A stretch of DNA of 64,000 nucleotides from Thermoanaerobaculia bacterium (GTDB taxonomy: Bacteria; Acidobacteriota; Thermoanaerobaculia; UBA5066), in NCBI GenBank assembly GCA_963719225.1, contig CAVRAY010000001.1, positions 3,520,001 to 3,584,000 of the forward strand, given 5' to 3'. The position numbers and the translations under genes are program-made. This document shows, piece after piece, positions 28,229 to 37,270 of the stretch. Within the stretch, counting starts at the first letter, position 1. Every line of letters begins with the position of its first letter. Below the pieces are notes generated by a model. It had not been told where the DNA came from. It made no database searches and saw nothing but the letters and a program-made list of their open reading frames with translations.

Positions 28229-30207
28229 TGCCGTCGTCCCTCGCGCTCCTGGCCGTCGCGTCGGCACTCGTCGCCTTCAGCGGACTCCCCGGCCTGCTGA
28301 TTCCGGCCGGGACCCGGGCGGCGCAGCGCATCGCCACCTGGAGCCACGTCGTGGGCTGCGCCCTCGGCGTCTCGGCGGCGGGTTTCGCGCTCGCCGGCGG
28401 CACGTCGACGGCCGTCCTCGCGTGGCCTCTGCCAGGAGGCGCTCTCACCTTCACGCTGGACCGCCTCTCGGCGTTCTTCCTCGTCCCCGTCTTCGTCGTT
28501 GCCGGCCTCGGCTCGATCTACGGCGAGGGCTACTGGGTCGAGGCGCATCACCCGAAGAACGGAAGGAAGCTCCGCGTCTTCTACGGCCTCGCCACGGCGG
28601 GTCTCGCGCTCGTGATGGCGGCGGGTGACGCCTGGAGCTTCCTCGTCGGCTGGGAGATCGTCTCGCTCGCCGCCTTCTTCCTCGTGACGACGGATCAGGA
28701 CGACGCGGCGGCGCTCCGTGCGGGATGGATCTACTTCGTCTCCGCCCACGCGGGCACCCTGGTCCTCTTCGCGATGTTCGCGCTGCTGCGGGACGTCACG
28801 GGCGCGTGGCTCCTCGCGCCGTCCGCGGCGCTCGGCTCGTCGAGGCTCCTGACGCCGATCCTCCTCCTCGCGCTGGCCGGCTTCGGCCTCAAGGCCGGCG
28901 TGATCCCGCTCCACGTCTGGATCCCGGGCGCGCACGCGGCCGCTCCGAGCCACGTCTCGGCGCTGCTCTCGGGCGTCGTCCTCAAGATGGGGATCTACGG
29001 CCTCGTGCGGGTGCTCACGATGCTTCCGGCGTATCCCTCCTGGCTCGGTCTCGCGCTCGTGGCGCTCGGAGTCACGTCCGGCGTCCTCGGGGTCGTGATG
29101 GCGCTCGCGCAGCACGACCTCAAGCGCCTCCTCGCGTACCACTCGATCGAGAACATCGGCATCATCCTGATCGGACTCGGCGTGGGCGCGCTCGGCATGG
29201 CGCAGGGCCGGCTCGACTGGGCCATGCTCGGGTTCGCGGGCGGCCTCCTTCACGTCTGGAACCACGCTGCCTTCAAGGCGCTCCTCTTCCACGCGGCCGG
29301 CGCCGTGATCCACGAGACCGGCACCCGCGAGATCGACGCGCTCGGCGGCCTCTTCCGGCGGATGCGCTTCACGGGCGCTTCCTTTCTGCTCGGCGCGGTC
29401 GCGATCTCGGGCCTCCCCCCTCTCAACGGTTTCGTGAGCGAGTGGCTGATTTCCCTCGCGAGCTTCCGCGCGCTCACGGGCGCGACCGGAGGCGCCGGGA
29501 TGCTCGGGGCCGCCGTCGCGGCGCCCGCTCTCGCGCTCATCGGCGCGCTGGCGGTCGCGTGCTTCGTCAAGGCGTTCTCCGCCGTGTTCCTGGGGACGCC
29601 GAGAGGGCCGCACGCGGCGCGGGACGTCGCGGACGCGACCCGATCCATGCGCTTTTCGATGGGGACGCTCGCCGTGTCGTGCGCCGTGATCGGCCTCTGG
29701 CCGAACGGTGCGACGCGTGTGAGCCGTCTCGCCGCGGACGCTCTCGTCGGTGCACGAGGTGGCGCAGGCCCGAGCGCAGACCTCGGCTTTCTCGGCGCGG
29801 TGCCGCTCGTCCTCCTCGGCGTCATCGCCGTCGTCGCGATCGGAGGTGTGACGCTGATGAGGCCCGCCGCGCTCACGACGACGTGGGACTGCGGCTACGC
29901 GTCGGGAAGCCCGCGGATCCAGTACACGGCCTCGTCCTTCGCTGAAATGCTCGTGAGGCTGTTTCGCTGGGCCGTCCTGCCGGAGGAGCACCGGCCGCGC
30001 CTGAACGGTCCTTTTCCGGCGGCCGGCCCGCGCTTCGAGAGTCATGCGCCCGATCCGGCTTTGGATCGCGCCCTGCTTCCTCTCTTCGCGCGCGGGCGGT
30101 CGCTCCTCGGCCTCCTGCACGTCATCCAGGCCGGCCGCATCCAGACCTACCTCCTCTACATCGTCGTCACGCTCGTCGTCCTCCTCGCGTGGAGCTGGTC
30201 GTGGTGA
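28228..30207 (+). CDS. hyfB: HyfB/EhrA antiporter-like membrane subunit
   Basis: WE, GFGLKAG..PLHVW.P.AH, KRLLAYHSIEN, TWDCGY, QYTASSF. Confidence 0.9.
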   Translation: MPSSLALLAVASALVAFSGLPGLLIPAGTRAAQRIATWSHVVGCALGVSAAGFALAGGTSTAVLAWPLPGGALTFTLDRLSAFFLVPVFVVAGLGSIYGEGYWVEAHHPKNGRKLRVFYGLATAGLALVMAAGDAWSFLVGWEIVSLAAFFLVTTDQDDAAALRAGWIYFVSAHAGTLVLFAMFALLRDVTGAWLLAPSAALGSSRLLTPILLLALAGFGLKAGVIPLHVWIPGAHAAAPSHVSALLSGVVLKMGIYGLVRVLTMLPAYPSWLGLALVALGVTSGVLGVVMALAQHDLKRLLAYHSIENIGIILIGLGVGALGMAQGRLDWAMLGFAGGLLHVWNHAAFKALLFHAAGAVIHETGTREIDALGGLFRRMRFTGASFLLGAVAISGLPPLNGFVSEWLISLASFRALTGATGGAGMLGAAVAAPALALIGALAVACFVKAFSAVFLGTPRGPHAARDVADATRSMRFSMGTLAVSCAVIGLWPNGATRVSRLAADALVGARGGAGPSADLGFLGAVPLVLLGVIAVVAIGGVTLMRPAALTTTWDCGYASGSPRIQYTASSFAEMLVRLFRWAVLPEEHRPRLNGPFPAAGPRFESHAPDPALDRALLPLFARGRSLLGLLHVIQAGRIQTYLLYIVVTLVVLLAWSWSW

Positions 30208-31109
30208 GCTCGATCGCGATCCTCCTCGTCGTCCTCGCCTTCGCGCCGCTCCTCCTGGGCGTGATCAACAAGACGAAGGCCCTCGTGGCGGGCCGAAAGG
30301 GACCGCCCGTCGCCCAGGCCATTTACGACCTCGTCAAGCTGCTCCGCAAGGGGTTCGTCGTCAGCCGCACGACGACGTGGGTGTTCCTCGCGGGACCGGT
30401 CCTCTCCGTCGCGGCGCCTCTCGTCGCGCTGAGCCTCCTTCCGCTCGCGGGCCGGCCGGCGCTGCTCTCTTTCCCGGGCGACATGCTTCTCTTCGTCGGC
30501 GTCTTCGCGCTCGCGCGATTCTTCGTCGCCGCCGCGGCCATGGACACCGGGTCGCCGTTCGAAGGCATGGGCGCGGCGCGCGAGGTCACGTTCTCGGCCC
30601 TCGCGGAGCCGGCGCTCCTCTTCGGAATGCTCGCGCTCACGCGTCTCTCGGGCTCCCTGTCGCTGACGGGCATGCTCGACGTCCGGGCCGCCGGAGCGTG
30701 GCAGAAGGCGAGCGCGTCGGTCATCCTCATCCTCGCGAGCTGGTTCATCGTTCTCCTCGCCGAGAACGCGCGCGTGCCTTTCGACGACCCGAACACACAC
30801 CTCGAGCTCACGATGATCCACGAGGCGATGGTCCTCGATCACTCGGGACCCGCGCTCGGCTTCGTCCTCTACGGTTCGGCTCTCAAGCTCACGGCGTTCG
30901 CGGCGCTGCTCGTGACGCTCCTGATCCCAGCGCGCACGGGAGGAGGCGCCCTGGACCTCGCCTTCTTAGTGGGCGGCCTCGCCGCAATCGGCTTCGTCGT
31001 CGGGCTCGTGGAGTCGAGCATGGCGCGGCTCCGGTTCGTTCGCGTTCCCCAGCTCCTCGTCACCGCGACTCTGCTCGCGGGGTTCGCCGTGGTCCTTCTC
31101 GTGAGATGA
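30204..31109 (+). CDS. hyfC: HyfC/EhrB (NuoH-like) membrane subunit
   Basis: GRKGPP..Q..YDL.KL, GMGAARE, PFDDPNTHLELTMIHE. Confidence 0.9.
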   Translation: MSSIAILLVVLAFAPLLLGVINKTKALVAGRKGPPVAQAIYDLVKLLRKGFVVSRTTTWVFLAGPVLSVAAPLVALSLLPLAGRPALLSFPGDMLLFVGVFALARFFVAAAAMDTGSPFEGMGAAREVTFSALAEPALLFGMLALTRLSGSLSLTGMLDVRAAGAWQKASASVILILASWFIVLLAENARVPFDDPNTHLELTMIHEAMVLDHSGPALGFVLYGSALKLTAFAALLVTLLIPARTGGGALDLAFLVGGLAAIGFVVGLVESSMARLRFVRVPQLLVTATLLAGFAVVLLVR

Positions 31110-31753
31110 CGATGCGAGAAGCCGCCTCCTCCGTCCTGATCCTCGCCGTCACGATGAACTTCCTCGCGCTCGGGACGTCGAACCTGAAGGCCTGCATCCG
31201 GGCCGCCGCCCTGCAGGGCCTCTTCGTGAGCGTCTTCCCGGTGCTCTTCACGCCGGCGCCTTCCCTGCGCCTCCTCGGCCTCGTCATCGTGGCGGGCATC
31301 GTCAAGGCCGTCGTGATTCCCGGGATGCTCACCAAGGCTCTCCGCGAGGTGCACATCAAGCACGAGATGGAGCCGTATCTCGGGCTCGTTCCGTCCGTCC
31401 TCCTTCTCGCCGCCGGGACGGGAGCTACGACGCTCTTCGCGAGCCGCCTCCCTCTCCAGCCGGCGCACCGCGACCTCCTCGTCGTGCCGGTGGCGCTCTC
31501 GACGCTCTTCGCCGGATTCCTCCTCCTCACGACGCGCCGCAAGGCCATCTCGCAGGTCACCGGCTACCTGATCCTCGAGAACGGGATCTTCGTCTTCGCG
31601 CAGCTTCTCCACGAGGCGATGCCGACGCTCGTCGAGGTCGGAGTCCTCCTGGACCTCCTCGTCGGGATCTTCGTCATGGGAATCGTCATGAACCACATCC
31701 AGCGGGAGTTCGGCTCCCTCGACACGGAACGGCTCGCGGAGCTGAGGGACTGA
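31106..31753 (+). CDS. hyfE: HyfE/EhrC membrane subunit
   Basis: K...IP, GYLILENGIF, VEVGVLLD. Confidence 0.88.
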   Translation: MTMREAASSVLILAVTMNFLALGTSNLKACIRAAALQGLFVSVFPVLFTPAPSLRLLGLVIVAGIVKAVVIPGMLTKALREVHIKHEMEPYLGLVPSVLLLAAGTGATTLFASRLPLQPAHRDLLVVPVALSTLFAGFLLLTTRRKAISQVTGYLILENGIFVFAQLLHEAMPTLVEVGVLLDLLVGIFVMGIVMNHIQREFGSLDTERLAELRD

Positions 31754-31755
31754 CG

Positions 31756-33189
31756 ATGCTGCTCCTCGCTCTCATCGTCGTCCCGCTCCTCGCCGCTCTC
31801 GTGGTGTTCGTGACTCGCTCCGAGAAGGCCGCTCCCCTCATGGTCGCCGGCACGGCCGTCCTCCATCTGATCGGCTCTCTGGCCGTGAGGTCCGGCACCA
31901 CGACCCTCGGAGGCTGGTTCTCGGTCGATGCGCTCGGACACCTGATCCTCGACGTCGTCTCCGTCCTCTTCACGCTCTGCGCGCTCTACGGCGTCGAGTA
32001 CCTGCGCCTCAGGAAAGAGCGCGCGAACCGGATCTTCTGCGTCTGTCTCCTCACGTTCCTGTCGATGGCGACCGCGATCACCGTGGCGCAGCACCTGGCG
32101 GTCGTCTGGGTCGCGGTGGAAGGGGCGACCCTTTCGACGGCGGTCCTCATCTACTTCAACCACAACGCCCGCTCGCTCGAGGCGGCGTGGAAATACCTCG
32201 TGATCGGGTCGGTCGGGATCGCGCTCGCGCTCCTCGGGTCGCTCTTCGTGGCGTACGCCGCGCTCCACGGCGCCTCGGGGGACGAGAGCCTCCTCTTCGG
32301 GGCGCTCCTCGAGCACGCGGGCGGCCTGTCGAGGCCGTGGCTGAGGGCCGGCTTCGTCCTGCTTCTCGTCGGCTACGGGACGAAGATGGGCCTCGCGCCG
32401 ATGCACACCTGGAAGCCGGATGCCTACGGCGAGGCTCCGGGCATCATCGGAGCGCTCCTCGCCGGCGGCATGACGAACTGCGCGTTCCTCGCCCTCCTCA
32501 GGGTCTACCGGGTCATGCAGGCGGCCGGGGAAGGAGCGTTCGCCCGCGAGCTCTTTCTCGCCCTCGGCCTTCTTTCCATGGGCGTGGCGGCGGCGTTCAT
32601 GGTCGGGCAGCGCGACTTCAAGAGGATGCTCGCGTACTCGAGCGTCGAGCACATGGGGATCCTGGTCATCGGCATCGGCGCCGGCGGCGTCGCGGTCCCC
32701 GGAGCACTGTTGCACGTCATCAACAATTCCCTCACGAAGGTCGTCCTCTTCCTCTCCGCGGGCAACATCCACCGCGCCTACGGGAGCAAGACGATCGACG
32801 CCGTGAGCGGGGCTCTCCGCCGGGTCCCGCTGTCGTCCGTCCTCTTCCTCGCCGGGTTCCTTGCGATCACGGGGTCGCCTCCGTTCGGGCCGTTCGTCAG
32901 CGAGTTCACGATCCTGGTGGGAGCCATGACCGGCCACCTCTTCGTCACGTCGGCCCTCTTTCTCTTCTTCCTCGTCGTCATCTTCATCGGCATGGGTTCT
33001 ACTGTTCTCGCCGTCGTCCAGGGTCCGGTTTCCCCGGCGGGCGGGACGACCGACTTTCGCGACAGCTTCTGGAAGACCGCGCCGCTGCTGGCGGCTCTCG
33101 CGATGGTCGTGGTCATGGGCGTCTGGATCCCCGGCGCTGTCCGCGAGCTCGTCCTCGAGGCCGCGAAATCTCTGGAGGGCGCGTCGTGA
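31756..33189 (+). CDS. hyfF: HyfF/EhrD antiporter-like membrane subunit
   Basis: EAAWKY, GYGTKMGLAPMHTWKPDAY, KRMLAYSSVEHMG. Confidence 0.9.
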   Translation: MLLLALIVVPLLAALVVFVTRSEKAAPLMVAGTAVLHLIGSLAVRSGTTTLGGWFSVDALGHLILDVVSVLFTLCALYGVEYLRLRKERANRIFCVCLLTFLSMATAITVAQHLAVVWVAVEGATLSTAVLIYFNHNARSLEAAWKYLVIGSVGIALALLGSLFVAYAALHGASGDESLLFGALLEHAGGLSRPWLRAGFVLLLVGYGTKMGLAPMHTWKPDAYGEAPGIIGALLAGGMTNCAFLALLRVYRVMQAAGEGAFARELFLALGLLSMGVAAAFMVGQRDFKRMLAYSSVEHMGILVIGIGAGGVAVPGALLHVINNSLTKVVLFLSAGNIHRAYGSKTIDAVSGALRRVPLSSVLFLAGFLAITGSPPFGPFVSEFTILVGAMTGHLFVTSALFLFFLVVIFIGMGSTVLAVVQGPVSPAGGTTDFRDSFWKTAPLLAALAMVVVMGVWIPGAVRELVLEAAKSLEGAS

Positions 33190-34724
33190 CGGGGACCGCA
33201 GAAGTCGCGGCCACGGCGCGAAATTCCCGCGTCCTGGCTCTCGAGGACGTGCCGTGGCTCCTCCCCTCGCGGTTCCGCGAGTGGCTCGTCCACGGCGTGC
33301 GGAGCAAGGGGCGCCGCGTCGCGGCCTATTTCGGCTCGGCCGACGAAGCCATCGCGGATGTCGCGCTCACGGCGGTGCTCGCGGACGACGCGAACGGGCG
33401 TCTCTTCGTCGCGCGCACGGCCTCGGACGGCACGTCGTTCGAGTCGGTCGTGCCGGAAGTTCCCCAGGCTCATCTCTTCGAGCGCGAAATCGCCGAGCAG
33501 TACGGCGTGAGGTTCCTGGGACATCCGTGGCTGAAGCCCGTGAGGTTCCGCAAGTCGTATCGCGAGGGCCACGACGCGTGGGGCCGAGCAGCGGACTCGC
33601 CGATCCTGCCCGGGGTCGTCGATTTCTTCAGAGTGGACGGGGACGAGGTCCACGAGGTCGCGGTCGGCCCGGTCCACGCCGGCGTGATCGAGCCTGGACA
33701 TTTCCGGTTCCAGTGCCACGGCGAAGAGGTCTTTCACCTCGAGATCGCGCTCGGCTATCAGCATCGCGGAGTCGAGAGGGCTCTCATGGGCGGGCCGACG
33801 AAACGGACCCTGCCGTACGTGGAGACCGCCGCGGGCGACACCACGATCGGCCACGCGCTGGCATACGCCCAGGCCGTCGACGCCCTCTCCGGCGCCGTCG
33901 TCTCCGCGCACGCGCACGCCGTCCGCGGGATCGCGCTCGAGCTCGAGCGCCTCGCGAACCACGTCGGCGACCTCGGAGCGCTCGCCGGCGACATCGCCTA
34001 TCTCCCCACGGCGTCGTACTGCGGACGGCTCCGCGGAGACTTCCTGAACATGACGGCGGAGCTCTGCGGCTCGCGTTTCGGGCGCGGGCTCGTCCGGCCC
34101 GGCGGTGTCGGGTTCGAGCTCTCGCCCGGCCTGGTGACGTCGCTGGGATCGCGCCTCGCCGCCGCGCGGACCGACGTGACGGAAGCGGTGGAGCTCCTCT
34201 GGGAGACGCCCAGCGTGCGCGAGCGGTTCGAAGGCACGGGCGCCGTCAGCCCCGAGGACGCCGCGGTCCTCGGTCTCGTCGGTCCGGCGGCCCGCGCGTG
34301 CGGGATCCAGCGCGACGTGCGGCACGACTTTCCGGCCGGCATCTACCGCTTCGTCCACCTGCCCGTGATGACGGCGCATTACGGCGACGTCAACTCCCGC
34401 GCGTTCGTGAGGTGGCTCGAGATCCAGCAGTCGATCGCGTTCATCCTGAGCCAGCTCGACAGCCTGCCGGCGAGCGGGAAGCGCGGCGCCGTCGGGGCGC
34501 TGAAGGCGAAGTCGGTCGTCGTCTCTCTCACGGAAGGCTGGCGCGGGGAGATCTGCCACGTCGCGATGACGGACGCGGCGGGACGGTTCTCGCGCTACAA
34601 GATCATCGACCCGTCTTTCCACAACTGGTTCGCTCTCACGCTCGCCATGAGGGACGGCCGGATCTCGGACTTTCCGCTCTCGAACAAGAGCTTCAACCTG
34701 TCCTATTGCGGGCACGACCTGTGA
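33186..34724 (+). CDS. Hydrogenase-large-subunit-like protein (NuoC+D-like, EhrL) without NiFe-binding CxxC motifs
   Basis: GPVHAGVIEPGHFRF, LGYQHRG, ELERLANH, DPSF.NW; ends SFNLSYCGHDL. Confidence 0.9.
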   Translation: MTGTAEVAATARNSRVLALEDVPWLLPSRFREWLVHGVRSKGRRVAAYFGSADEAIADVALTAVLADDANGRLFVARTASDGTSFESVVPEVPQAHLFEREIAEQYGVRFLGHPWLKPVRFRKSYREGHDAWGRAADSPILPGVVDFFRVDGDEVHEVAVGPVHAGVIEPGHFRFQCHGEEVFHLEIALGYQHRGVERALMGGPTKRTLPYVETAAGDTTIGHALAYAQAVDALSGAVVSAHAHAVRGIALELERLANHVGDLGALAGDIAYLPTASYCGRLRGDFLNMTAELCGSRFGRGLVRPGGVGFELSPGLVTSLGSRLAAARTDVTEAVELLWETPSVRERFEGTGAVSPEDAAVLGLVGPAARACGIQRDVRHDFPAGIYRFVHLPVMTAHYGDVNSRAFVRWLEIQQSIAFILSQLDSLPASGKRGAVGALKAKSVVVSLTEGWRGEICHVAMTDAAGRFSRYKIIDPSFHNWFALTLAMRDGRISDFPLSNKSFNLSYCGHDL

Positions 34725-34734
34725 GAGGGAACCC

Positions 34735-35517
34735 ATGCTGAAAGCCCTGCTCGCGCGCGCGCATCAGGGGCACCGCACGATGGCCTACCCGGCCGGCGAT
34801 CCGCCCCCGATGCCCGAGCGGTTTCGCGGGCTGCCCGTCCTCGATCCAACGAAGTGTCCGGAGGGGTGCCGGTCGTGCGCCGACGTCTGTCCGACCGACG
34901 CCATCCCGAAGGACGGCCCGCTGGCCGTCGACCTCGGGCGGTGTCTCTTCTGCGTCGAGTGCGTCACCGCCTGCCCGGAGGGCGCGATCGCGTTCACGGG
35001 CGATTCGCGCCTCGCGACCCGAAGGCGCGAAGACCTCGTCCTCGGCGGCCAGCCGCTGCCGCTCGCGAACGCGCTCGACGGGAAGCTCCGCCGGCTGTTC
35101 GGGCGCTCCCTGAAGCTGCGGGTCGTGAGCGCCGGCGATTGCAACGCCTGCAGCTCGGACGTGAACGTCCTCGGAACCCTCGGCTGGGATATCGGCCGGT
35201 TCGGAATCCAGATCGTCGCGTCTCCGCGCCACGCCGACGGGCTCCTCGTCACCGGCCCCGTGACCTCCAACATGCGGCTCGCACTCGAAAAGACGTACGA
35301 GGCGGTGGCGCCGCCGAAGATCGTGATCGCAGTCGGGGCGTGCGCGATCAGCGGGGGGCCGTATGCCGGCCATCCCGAGCAGCACGACGGCGTGACGTCC
35401 GTCCTGCCGGTCGATCTCTTCATTCCCGGCTGCCCGCCGCATCCCCTCACGATCCTGGACGGGCTGCTCCGGCTCCTGGGCCGGCTCGAAGAGCAGCGGA
35501 GAACGCCGCGAAGCTGA
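34735..35517 (+). CDS. 2x[4Fe-4S] ferredoxin fused to NuoB-like small subunit (EhrS)
   Basis: Two CxxCxxxCP-type motifs; GDCNAC, SPRHAD, VGAC, IPGCPP. Confidence 0.9.
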   Translation: MLKALLARAHQGHRTMAYPAGDPPPMPERFRGLPVLDPTKCPEGCRSCADVCPTDAIPKDGPLAVDLGRCLFCVECVTACPEGAIAFTGDSRLATRRREDLVLGGQPLPLANALDGKLRRLFGRSLKLRVVSAGDCNACSSDVNVLGTLGWDIGRFGIQIVASPRHADGLLVTGPVTSNMRLALEKTYEAVAPPKIVIAVGACAISGGPYAGHPEQHDGVTSVLPVDLFIPGCPPHPLTILDGLLRLLGRLEEQRRTPRS

Positions 35518-35541
35518 ACGGTCGAGCCCTAGAATCGGGTG

Positions 35542-35820
35542 ATGGTAAAGACAGTCGCCTGCGCGCTCACCCCCGAACAGGTCGAACACGGAACCCTCGC
35601 GGAAACCCTCGACCAGGCCGTGACTCTGAATCGGAACGCCGTGCTCCAGGTGGGACAGCTCGTCGGACGCCCGGTCCACGACAAGGCCGGGGGCACGATC
35701 GAGGTCTCGTTCCGGCAGGACCTCGAGCCGCCGCGGGGCAAGGTGCTCAGAGCGGTTCACCGGACACGGGACGACGGGTCGCTCGAGATCCACGGTTTCA
35801 CCTTCGAATCGCCCGGTTAA
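35542..35820 (+). CDS. Hypothetical protein
   Basis: Fills the gap between co-oriented genes with plausible codon usage; no motif recognised. Confidence 0.55.
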   Translation: MVKTVACALTPEQVEHGTLAETLDQAVTLNRNAVLQVGQLVGRPVHDKAGGTIEVSFRQDLEPPRGKVLRAVHRTRDDGSLEIHGFTFESPG

Positions 35821-35824
35821 GCGC

Positions 35825-36841
35825 GTGCGCGCCGTCAGGCTCCGCGCGCCGGCTCCGGTCGAGACGCGGCCGCTCGTCCTCGAAGACGTGCCCGACCCGA
35901 CTCCGGGCCCCGGCCAGGTTCTCGTGAAGGTCACGGCCTGCGGCATCTGCCGGACGGATCTCCACGTCGTCGAGGGCGACCTTCCGGTCGTGAAGCCTCG
36001 AGTGATCCCCGGGCACCAGATCGCGGGGACGGTCGCCGCCGTGGGACCGGGTGCCGAAGCGCTCCTCGGCCGGCGCGTCGGGATCGGCTGGCTGCACAAG
36101 ACCTGCGGCGTCTGCCGGTTCTGCACGGGGGGCCGCGAGAACCTGTGCGACGTTCCGGAGTTCACGGGATGGACCGTCGACGGCGGCTTCGCAACGGCGG
36201 TGCTGGCCGAGGCGGCCTTCACCTACGAGCTCCCCGGCGGTTTCTCCGACGTCGTCGCGGCGCCCCTCCTCTGCGCGGGGATCATCGGCTATCGCGCTTT
36301 GCGCCTGACGGGCCTCGGTGAGCGCCCTTCCGGCTTCCGCGGCGCGCGGCTGGGGCTGTATGGCTTCGGCGCCGCGGGCCACATCGCGATCCAGATCGCG
36401 CGCGCGCGAGGTGCCGACGTCTACGTGATGACGCGGGACCGCGAGCGCCACCAGGCTCTCGCGGAAGAGCTCGGAGCCGCATGGGTCGGCGGCGCGCGCG
36501 ACCTCCCCCCGTCGAAGCTCGACGCGGCCATCATCTTCGCGCCCGCAGGCGAGCTGATCCCCGCCGGCCTCGCCGCGCTCGACAAGGGAGGAACGCTCGT
36601 CCTCGGCGGAATTCACATGAGCGACACTCCGCCGATCCCGTACGAGCTCCTCTACAAGGAGCGCGTCGTCCGCAGCGTCGCGAACAACACCCGCGAGGAC
36701 GGGCGCGCGTTCCTGGCCGAAGCCGCGAGCATCCCCGTCGCGACGCATATCCGGACGTTTCCCCTCGAGGAGGCGAACGACGCGTTGATCGCTCTGAAGA
36801 CGGACGCCATTCGCGGCGCAGGCGTGCTCGTCGTGGCGTGA
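35825..36841 (+). CDS. Zinc-dependent alcohol dehydrogenase (AdhP-like)
   Basis: CRTD, GHQ, CxxCxxCx7C, APLLCAG, GFGAAG. Confidence 0.92.
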   Translation: MRAVRLRAPAPVETRPLVLEDVPDPTPGPGQVLVKVTACGICRTDLHVVEGDLPVVKPRVIPGHQIAGTVAAVGPGAEALLGRRVGIGWLHKTCGVCRFCTGGRENLCDVPEFTGWTVDGGFATAVLAEAAFTYELPGGFSDVVAAPLLCAGIIGYRALRLTGLGERPSGFRGARLGLYGFGAAGHIAIQIARARGADVYVMTRDRERHQALAEELGAAWVGGARDLPPSKLDAAIIFAPAGELIPAGLAALDKGGTLVLGGIHMSDTPPIPYELLYKERVVRSVANNTREDGRAFLAEAASIPVATHIRTFPLEEANDALIALKTDAIRGAGVLVVA

Positions 36842-36882
36842 AATGATCCGTCGCCCGGAATGCGTCCTTCAGAGGAGACCTC

Positions 36883-37260
36883 ATGGAGAAAGTGAACGGC
36901 ATCGGCGGCGTCTTTTTCGTCGCGAAGAGTCCCGACGCCCTGAGCACCTGGTACCGCGAGAACCTCGGCGTGGAGTCCGCGCCCCCGACCTACGACGCGG
37001 CGCCCTGGCGGCAGGACGCGGGGCCGACCGTCTTCGCGCCGTTTCCGGAGTCGACCACGTACTTCGGCGGGGCGCGGCGGACGTGGATGATCAACTTCCG
37101 CGTGCGCGATCTCGACGCGATGATCGCGCAGCTCCGCGCGGCCGGCGTCGACGTCGAGCTCGATCCCGACCCGTACCCGAACGGCCGCTTCGCGCGGATC
37201 CACGACCCCGAGGGAAATCCGATCGAGCTGTGGCAGCCGATGGGACCGGACGCGGGATAG
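36883..37260 (+). CDS. VOC/glyoxalase family protein
   Basis: GIGGVFF, WY...LG, INFRV.DLD, DPEGN.IELW. Confidence 0.9.
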   Translation: MEKVNGIGGVFFVAKSPDALSTWYRENLGVESAPPTYDAAPWRQDAGPTVFAPFPESTTYFGGARRTWMINFRVRDLDAMIAQLRAAGVDVELDPDPYPNGRFARIHDPEGNPIELWQPMGPDAG

Positions 37261-37270
37261 AGAGACGGAG

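Noticed and set aside
28228-35517. Functional NiFe hydrogenase-4 / formate hydrogenlyase
   Set aside because: The large subunit lacks both CxxC NiFe motifs, and no maturation genes are present in the window.
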